Virus record (IMG/VR): IMGVR_UViG_2061766007_000740
Length of the DNA: 20,495 nucleotides
Strand: one strand, 5' to 3'
From: an uncultured virus (IMG/VR IMGVR_UViG_2061766007_000740)
Lineage: Duplodnaviria; Heunggongvirae; Uroviricota; Caudoviricetes
Both the position numbers and the translations under genes were made by a program. Shown piece after piece: positions 15,201 to 20,495 of the stretch. The stretch's first letter is position 1; each line of letters begins with the position of its first letter. The notes beneath the pieces are model-generated. The model was not told where the DNA came from and made no database searches. It saw nothing but the letters and a program-made list of their open reading frames with translations.

Positions 15201-18200
15201 TGTCATCGACGACGACCTTGATGTCGGTACTGTTAACGCACATAAGACGCTGTTTGATGATAAGAACGGATTGGTAACGACCACTTCGTTGGTGGATACA
15301 AGCGCCGTGACGGAAACGCATGATGTGCTTGTGTTCCGTAACCTGCCGTATCTTATCGAGCATAGTGTATCTATGTGCCAGGCAGGAGAAGAAGACGGAC
15401 GGTATTATATCGAGCTGCACACGAGCGCAGAGGATGCCAATGCCACTATCGACATCAGCGAGGGTATCACGGTACAGTTCGCCGACAACGGCAACGAGGA
15501 CTATACCATCTATCCGGATGAGATAGTGCAAGTCGGAGCCGGTGTGTTCAAGTGCTACTATGATCTCGGACACCTTGCCGTCGAGTACTATATCGAAATG
15601 TACGGCAATTCCTTCTGGGCAGAATATAACATCGTCACGCAAGATGTGGAGATCGTGTCGCATGTTGGTGTTTATCCTGCCGGTAAGCGCATCTACGCTA
15701 TCGCTAACACGCTGACAGAGTTCCAGCAAGGCAAGTACTATGAAGTAGAGATAGACCTCATGGAGCCGAATATGGCTATACGTGACAATAACATGATGCC
15801 TATCTTTGCGCTGGCTAACGGTATCGGTGACGGTCAGAGGGTGTATAACCCGGATTACACAGTCGAAGACATAACGCCGGACGAGGCTATTATAGGTGGC
15901 GTATATCAGTACGAGCGGCTGATCTATAAGTTCACACTTCCCGATGGGTTCAATGGCAACGTAGATTACTACCCTGCTATCCTTTGCGCTTCTGACGGAA
16001 CTACAGAGGCTATCCATGTCCGTCTATGGAGTATTGTTGAGCGGGATGATGCGGCGATGGAGGACTTGAATTACGTTGACCTCGCTATCGACACCGTGAC
16101 CATCAAGTTCCACGACAACACCCGTGAGAAAGACGTGTCGCTGCAAGACGGCCAGGAACCGGAGCGTCTGCGTGACAACCTCTCGGAGATGTCGCGTGAT
16201 GTGAGCGCTACTGTCAAGGAAGAGAGCCGTGCTACGGCATGGGCGCAACTCATGGACCGCATGACAGAAGCCGAGCAACTGCAAGACCAGACGCTTGACT
16301 TCTATCAGAGCCTTGTTGATGCGTCACGCAAGCACTACTTGGAGCTGCTGAACCTCAAGAATAACATCTTCGACCCGGACGGAACCTGCAAAGAGACCTT
16401 CTTGCAGATAATGATGCTGCAGGTTGGTGCGGATTCCATGAACTACCAGTTGAAGTACACGCATTACAGCATGAACGGTCATACGGCTAACTGCGGTCTG
16501 CGCTTCGATACCGACCATCCGACAACGGAGATCACTGACCCTGTAAGTGGCAAGGCGTATATCGACAGTTTCTTCATCGGTAACGCCGAGGAAGTGTTGG
16601 ATCATTACGTCTATACCGAGAACCCGACCAACGGAGAAGGTGGACGGTGGTACCCACAAGAGCGTAACACATTGTGGCCGTTGCATAAGGTAGTAGGTCC
16701 GGACGGTACGACTGACATCTATCCTGTGTATTTCGTGGCACTCAAGGCGAGCCGCACGCTGCCGAATGATTGTCACTGGGTATGCGACACCGTGCAGCAC
16801 ATGGTCAACGAGGATGATAACTACTTCTACTTCAACTGGGGCATTCTTGCACCGGAAAGCGAGAGTGTCGGGAAGTACGCCTTGACTGAGACACGAGGTA
16901 ATGCCTATATGTATGGCGACAACCTCATCTGCGGTCAGATTAGCACGCTTGCCGGTAACTCCTACTTCGACCTCACGCATGGCAACTTTGTGCTTTCAAA
17001 AGATGGCCCGGATGGTCAAGGACAGTACCACGAGGGACTTACCTACATCAACGGAGTGTTGACTATCTACGGCTATGCTACAAATTCAGATATATCAAGT
17101 ATTCTTGTGCAGCTTGGACTAATGGAAGATGCAATAGACGATCTTGAGAATCCGCATACTAATCTCTGGCCGGTAAACGAAGAAATCAATCTTACATTAG
17201 AAGATAGGCAAACATATTTGCTTGGATACATCCTAGCGGATCACTTCAACCGTGGAGAGCAGTTTACCGGGTCTTTAGAGATCAAAAACTACACGCCAAG
17301 CCAAGAGTATGGAACAGAAACAGGATATACGTATATATCGTTACGTGTTAAATACATAGATGGTGATGGTGATGAGCAGACATATTGGTATGATTACGGT
17401 GGAGGCGAGTATGTGACAATTAGAGGGAATAGCAAGAAAACATTCAATATCATCGTAAATGGTATCATAGAGGATATTGAGGATGAAGAAGATGTTACTG
17501 TTAGTAAGATAACAGAAATCATGGTTTATATAGAGCCTCATTTGAGTTTTTCTGAGTCTGTATCTCTCACTCTCTACCAAGGTATGATTGTTTCCGGTAA
17601 TAAATCCGGTACGTATTCGTTAGCATATAAGCACTTGGCTGATGCTTTGCAGGGCAGCACACAGATTGCTGGTGGGCTTACCATGACCAACTTGCTTATG
17701 CTAAAGAATGAGCAAGGTGAAGTGAAAGCCGGTATGTCAGGATTGACAAATGACGGAGAGAATGTACTTATGTGGGGTGGTGCTACGTATGCAGAAGCGC
17801 TCTATGCTTCTATCCACAATTATCTCAAGAGAGCAGGTGGTGGTTTGATACCAACATTACTCAAAAAGGATGGAACAGGTAAGATCGGATGCTTCCGCGT
17901 CCTCAATGAGAATACCGTCTCCGTAATGAGTTCTGATGGTACAAGTGAGATTCTTATATCTGCCGGAGAGAACGCGCAAGATACCAATATAATCATCAAG
18001 CAGAATGGTGTTACGAAGGTTATAATATCAGGTGATGAGATAAACAGAAATTCTGTAAGTGGATATTCTCTGACAGGAAAGCGCAACTCCGGTGCTACGG
18101 TTACTAACTCTAATCAGACAGTAGTCGTGGAGCAGATAAACCTAACTGGTGGTGTTGGTGCCTGGACTGTTGATTTTGAGGCAAACAATGTAATATACGG

Positions 18201-18900
18201 ATTCTATGTTAGTCCATTAAGTTCAATCAAACAGATTAAAGGAACAATAAGCGTTTATCTATGTAACAGACTGATAGGATATGCCAACTTCACAAGTAGA
18301 GAGCTATCTAATGCCTCCTACACGCAAGAGGTATCATGGATTAGTACAATATCGAAGTTCTCGTCTGTTACGTCTGCTCTACACAATCTTGAAGTAAGGT
18401 TAAGCAATGTGCAAGTTAAAAGGGATGGCTCTTGGGGTACTGACTTTAGAAGCCAACTGTCTGTAGCATATGTGCGGTTCTGCACAGGAACAGGAAGCGA
18501 TGGATCGCAGTATGTTGACAAGAGCGTTAACTTCTCAAATGTCGCCTCTGATGATATTGTACAGATTGGACGTAACGGAATACAAGTGTCACATAAGAGC
18601 GGTGGTTTCGTGCAGATGCTTAATGATAACAATGATCTGTATGTACGTATGTTCGGACTGCCAACATCAATACCTACAGGTAATGACAAGTCAGGTAAAA
18701 TATACAACTGGAAAGGATTCCTTCGTGTTGGTGGTGACAACTCAACAGAAGCTAACTTTACAGACCTCGGATTTACCAAATTTACATTGCCGCAACATAT
18801 TCTTGTTCCGAATATGCCTGTACGTAATACTGGAGTCTATGCACAAGATGAGATGTACAGATGGGGCGATGGTGATATATTCATCAATAGAGAGAGTTAA
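12286..18900 (+). CDS. Large tail tip / baseplate hub-central fibre protein (host specificity)
   Basis: 2204 aa. Hub-like N-terminus (IDFQIGDYVEF, ITRLYAYGAERNL, FGIREG...FDNIYP), a coiled-coil segment, beta-rich inserts and C-terminal 'GLPTS...GKIY..KGFLRV'. Confidence 0.8.
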   Translation: MKVYRNNIFIINHVSELPVKQIGNAWYNPSGHKVALHPQINTVIHTGADFEGYTNIRTGFNIQANSYYRFDGTKKARSRADQNLYAKWTNISAAQASALGRIAIFNIMEGTYTGKDMGERSIVATIDFPSRIDFQIGDYVEFEIANLERTTSIHGGSGMEKFYIYTMPTVKKVASRLSFGKAFQHTVTFYPCQYELATVKMRDVLQDISSGVIYTGYDEFSFYGGANTLMKRIMAVLDERFGHTGVAGKDYWSYQIADSINEDRNTALEKFQFDFSDSNVMEALLKLNDAEGINTKFFINERMIYVGFKRPYIVGVDEHNLKRDIPFEFAYGKTSHLPIETNHGNLYTITKSNGSASPITRLYAYGAERNLQRFYCSDRIKTGRYVNKLMLPSFEDDGRTDYIDSPEGIARFGIREGTKTFDNIYPSLRFFYYGNLRDVKYCIKLMGSGLQSDSNDPEHVPADTYGIYDGGTTITKANVTPEQIQRAKEEVDRTKGTSLENETRVTITIDGVNYSLSVTEADQLINKGSIRIGGVKSCRYHYPIARIQCYKVVDAKIPKRDDQGNIIYDSNNNPVTVGLNMLVESVPPVDLAVFCHATGKVVKCVLYGSSLSDPELAKAEACQKQYAADGKIPTTDGNAPAADWSNCYTGACFAVHDANFGCGHIDKANEYPDRPDGNLRIAWFQDAETISTSKDGSFYKPYDEYKNQVSIHQIHYTDDHWITDVYEFTDYHQETFNRQGYSAYCWPRVNKYYPNSQADNIEVNAVVDVGPVLIEDTDLNTSMGQQQQTFDIYMRDMGFKINDQTWFGDKCFLFDTCKISFLDGNLGGYEFEMPAESDQDKLGSIYVPALAPDGTRNPEFFDLADNPAQAEQAYLNGAFWRIVAKRAETEVDRYWVPNVNLNASAGDHVVFLDIFMPDLYIRVAEQRLYKEAKKYLDANDDGDIQYSFDFDKVRMLKQPTFPLQMREGAIMRVIDDDLDVGTVNAHKTLFDDKNGLVTTTSLVDTSAVTETHDVLVFRNLPYLIEHSVSMCQAGEEDGRYYIELHTSAEDANATIDISEGITVQFADNGNEDYTIYPDEIVQVGAGVFKCYYDLGHLAVEYYIEMYGNSFWAEYNIVTQDVEIVSHVGVYPAGKRIYAIANTLTEFQQGKYYEVEIDLMEPNMAIRDNNMMPIFALANGIGDGQRVYNPDYTVEDITPDEAIIGGVYQYERLIYKFTLPDGFNGNVDYYPAILCASDGTTEAIHVRLWSIVERDDAAMEDLNYVDLAIDTVTIKFHDNTREKDVSLQDGQEPERLRDNLSEMSRDVSATVKEESRATAWAQLMDRMTEAEQLQDQTLDFYQSLVDASRKHYLELLNLKNNIFDPDGTCKETFLQIMMLQVGADSMNYQLKYTHYSMNGHTANCGLRFDTDHPTTEITDPVSGKAYIDSFFIGNAEEVLDHYVYTENPTNGEGGRWYPQERNTLWPLHKVVGPDGTTDIYPVYFVALKASRTLPNDCHWVCDTVQHMVNEDDNYFYFNWGILAPESESVGKYALTETRGNAYMYGDNLICGQISTLAGNSYFDLTHGNFVLSKDGPDGQGQYHEGLTYINGVLTIYGYATNSDISSILVQLGLMEDAIDDLENPHTNLWPVNEEINLTLEDRQTYLLGYILADHFNRGEQFTGSLEIKNYTPSQEYGTETGYTYISLRVKYIDGDGDEQTYWYDYGGGEYVTIRGNSKKTFNIIVNGIIEDIEDEEDVTVSKITEIMVYIEPHLSFSESVSLTLYQGMIVSGNKSGTYSLAYKHLADALQGSTQIAGGLTMTNLLMLKNEQGEVKAGMSGLTNDGENVLMWGGATYAEALYASIHNYLKRAGGGLIPTLLKKDGTGKIGCFRVLNENTVSVMSSDGTSEILISAGENAQDTNIIIKQNGVTKVIISGDEINRNSVSGYSLTGKRNSGATVTNSNQTVVVEQINLTGGVGAWTVDFEANNVIYGFYVSPLSSIKQIKGTISVYLCNRLIGYANFTSRELSNASYTQEVSWISTISKFSSVTSALHNLEVRLSNVQVKRDGSWGTDFRSQLSVAYVRFCTGTGSDGSQYVDKSVNFSNVASDDIVQIGRNGIQVSHKSGGFVQMLNDNNDLYVRMFGLPTSIPTGNDKSGKIYNWKGFLRVGGDNSTEANFTDLGFTKFTLPQHILVPNMPVRNTGVYAQDEMYRWGDGDIFINRES

Positions 18901-19249
18901 ATCTCCTTCCTGCATGAATGATATAATCACCGTAAGATACCAAATGTAAATCGGAATCTTTCTCGTGAGGTGGAACGTCATAGTAAGCACTATATACTGT
19001 GATGTTCTGCTTTTTCTGTTCATAGAGGCATTGGCTAACCATGTTAACACGCTGGCCAAGTTCAGGGTCTATAGAATCAAATAGGAATGTTACCTGAACG
19101 TAATCATCAAGGAAAATAAACTCGTTGAATCCTTGTGAACTGTCTTGACTAACATAAGTACCTTTTACGGTGTAGTCTTTGACATCTGAATTACACCCTA
19201 CCAGGCACAGGGCACAGATGGCGAGGGGAAGGAGATAGCGTTGCGACAT
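18884..19249 (-). CDS. Lipoprotein (moron-like)
   Basis: 121 aa from ATG 19249; the longer ORF-track start lies in the promoter. Signal peptide MSQRYLLPLAICALC-LVGC with lipobox Cys19. Ends TGA TGA and overlaps the tail gene end by 17 nt. Confidence 0.8.
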   Translation of the reverse strand: MSQRYLLPLAICALCLVGCNSDVKDYTVKGTYVSQDSSQGFNEFIFLDDYVQVTFLFDSIDPELGQRVNMVSQCLYEQKKQNITVYSAYYDVPPHEKDSDLHLVSYGDYIIHAGRRFNSLY

Positions 19250-19272
19250 AATGACAAAGTTAAAATCGGCTG

Positions 19273-19304
19273 CAAAGGTACAGAAAAATCCGCATATATG
19301 CAAG
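19273..19304 (-). promoter_or_regulatory. Leftward Bacteroidota-type promoter
   Basis: Minus strand CTTG (19304-19301), 20-nt spacer, TACCTTTG (19280-19273). Confidence 0.75.
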
Positions 19305-19357
19305 TTTTATTCTAAAAAAGTGTATAAAAAAATACGAAAAAGTTCTTTGCCCATAAT

Positions 19358-19389
19358 TTTGTGCGTTGGTTGAAAAGGCATACCTTTGC
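19358..19389 (+). promoter_or_regulatory. Rightward promoter of the third late unit
   Basis: TTTG (19358-19361), 19-nt spacer, TACCTTTG (19381-19388). Carries the shared late motif. Confidence 0.8.
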
Positions 19390-19415
19390 GCCCGAAATTA
19401 AAAACAAGCGCAATT

Positions 19416-19667
19416 ATGACAACTGTTTCAATCATCATCTTAGTTCTTACGGTACTCGCATTGGTAGTACTGTTAATCGTGTCTAAACGTCTCGACAAAC
19501 GCATCAAGCAACTGGAGAAAGACGTTGAGTTCCTGAACGCAGGATATGACGCTCTGGAAAAGCAAGGCGCCGAGCATTACGCCAACGAAGGCACGCTTGG
19601 CAGCAGGATCGAGTTCATCGAGAGCAAGATGGTTAAGACCACCAAGAAACCAAGTAAAGAACAATAA
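19416..19667 (+). CDS. Single-TM coiled-coil membrane protein (holin/spanin-like or unknown)
   Basis: 83 aa from ATG 19416. N-terminal hydrophobic run of about 20 aa followed by KRLDKRIKQLEKDVEFL heptads. Confidence 0.6.
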   Translation: MTTVSIIILVLTVLALVVLLIVSKRLDKRIKQLEKDVEFLNAGYDALEKQGAEHYANEGTLGSRIEFIESKMVKTTKKPSKEQ

Positions 19668-19677
19668 CAACCACCCA

Positions 19678-19799
19678 AAGGCAGAGAGCGTGTTTCCCCT
19701 TGATTTTCACGTTTCTCTGCCTTGCCAGTGTTGTGACCGAGTAGTCTGCCGAGGGACAGCCAAGTATGGTAGCGTGCCCTCCGCAGGCGAAAGGAGAAA
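19678..19799 (+). ncRNA. Candidate structured RNA element (two long hairpins, possible pseudoknot)
   Basis: Hairpin 1 at 19678-19723 (AAGGCAGAGA-GCGTG / CACGT-T-TCTCTGCCTT). Hairpin 2 at 19744-19788 (GTCTGC-C-GAGGG...CCCTC-C-GCAGGC). No family recognised. Confidence 0.45.
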
Positions 19800-19811
19800 A
19801 CCCGAAGCAAT

Positions 19812-20210
19812 ATGACAGCACCACAAATCGAAATCAAACAAGGCAAGGCGTTTCAGTTCAACTTGGATGTCAGTGCCTATCCTACCCTTCCTACCGGCGT
19901 TACCTGGCAGGCGGCTTTGGTCAATCCGAGCACCGAAATGCGCTATAATGCCGTAGCTACCCAGACAGGGAACAATGTTAACTTTGCATGGCCGAGCGGT
20001 CTGGTGGACGATGCCAGTGATCCGGACTACGGCAAACTGAACGAGAACGCAAAGGACGGTACGGCGTGGATGACGGTTGGTACGTATGACCTGGAGGTCT
20101 ATCGCAACGATCATGCCGACATGGGTGTTCTGTATGGACGGTTCCGTGTCACCAAGTCGAACTTCATGGCCAAGAACGCTCCTGCAGGAGAAGAAGAAGA
20201 GGAGGCATAA
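19812..20210 (+). CDS. Putative baseplate/fibre-attachment beta-sandwich protein (BppU-N-like)
   Basis: 132 aa. The 'IKQGKAFQF...GTYDLEVY...VLYGRFRV' pattern is typical of these small virion domains. Confidence 0.5.
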   Translation: MTAPQIEIKQGKAFQFNLDVSAYPTLPTGVTWQAALVNPSTEMRYNAVATQTGNNVNFAWPSGLVDDASDPDYGKLNENAKDGTAWMTVGTYDLEVYRNDHADMGVLYGRFRVTKSNFMAKNAPAGEEEEEA

Positions 20211-20211
20211 C

Positions 20212-20490
20212 ATGGACCTGAATATCAAAACAGAGAGCACCGTCTTGAAGATGACTTTGGAGTCCGGGCTGGTCTTGAACCTCCAGATTCCGAAGCCTAT
20301 TCAGTTGACAATCGCCAACGGTTCGTACTGGGGCGGTATCGGCGGTAATATCGAGCGTCAAGCGGACTTGATGCTGCTGTTGTCCGGTAAGGCGCCGTTG
20401 CAGCATCAGCATGTCATTGCCGATGTGGCAGGACTGGCAGAGCGGCTGAACAAGATTGAGAAACTCGCAAAGGCAGGAATAGTATTATGA
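20212..20490 (+). CDS. Small protein with phage tail-fibre repeat
   Basis: 92 aa from ATG 20212, with 'WGGIGGNIERQADL...GKAPLQHQHVIADVAGL' (HxH tail repeat). The stop overlaps the next ATG (ATGA 20487-20490). Confidence 0.65.
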   Translation: MDLNIKTESTVLKMTLESGLVLNLQIPKPIQLTIANGSYWGGIGGNIERQADLMLLLSGKAPLQHQHVIADVAGLAERLNKIEKLAKAGIVL

Positions 20491-20495
20491 AAGAG

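Larger units (their letters stand above)
1..20495. mobile_element. Tailed phage/prophage structural and packaging region, Bacteroidota host inferred
   Basis: Contiguous capsid, neck, tail, terminase, portal and tail-tip genes with no host housekeeping genes. Promoters match the Bacteroidota sigma-A consensus (-33 TTTG, -7 TAnnTTTG). No integrase or att site is in the window, so prophage versus free phage cannot be decided. Confidence 0.95.

Noticed and set aside
14722..16017. 431-aa minus-strand ORF and the other long antisense ORFs (for example 1833-2588, 10790-11542, 16324-16980)
   Set aside because: They lie wholly opposite well-supported genes. They are the expected shadow of strong C-ending codon bias, have unnatural V/D/L/H-rich composition, and have no promoter.
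17900..18900. Diversity-generating retroelement target at the tail gene 3' end
   Set aside because: No reverse transcriptase, and no template/variable repeat pair differing at adenines, is visible in the window.
19546..19815. Overlapping ORF as an embedded o-spanin
   Set aside because: No signal peptide or lipobox. It runs through the hairpin region and looks like chance.
603..20490. Genome-wide stop-codon reassignment (TGA or TAG)
   Set aside because: Long genes, including 2204 codons with many TGG, have no internal TGA or TAG. TAG and TGA end genes at sensible boundaries (8640, 10269, 11722, 18884, 20490).

Overview
The whole window is the virion morphogenesis region of a tailed dsDNA phage or prophage, probably with a long non-contractile tail. 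The host is very likely in Bacteroidota, judged from six TTTG/CTTG-N19-20-TAnnTTTG promoters. There are three rightward late units, each starting at a divergent promoter pair. Unit 1 (603-7459): scaffold, head decoration, major capsid, three head-completion/neck genes, tail terminator, major tail protein and tail assembly chaperone. Unit 2 (7969-18900): TerS, TerL, a small HTH protein, portal, a Dit-like protein and a 2204-aa tail-tip protein. Unit 3 (from 19416): a membrane protein, a structured intergenic element and small tail/baseplate proteins. The leftward promoters drive a long ORF-free structured region and two moron-like genes, one of them a lipoprotein. The most notable points are: a recoding junction at the major tail stop (one in-frame UGA before 346 codons of Ig-like sequence, plus an alternative ATGA/ATT-TGA +1 route); an A10-plus-hairpin -1 frameshift with about 43 dual-coded codons; a phage-specific motif shared by all three late promoters; an unexplained two-hairpin RNA-like element; and no tape-measure gene at its expected position. 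Product calls rest on motifs, size and synteny read by eye. No searches were run.
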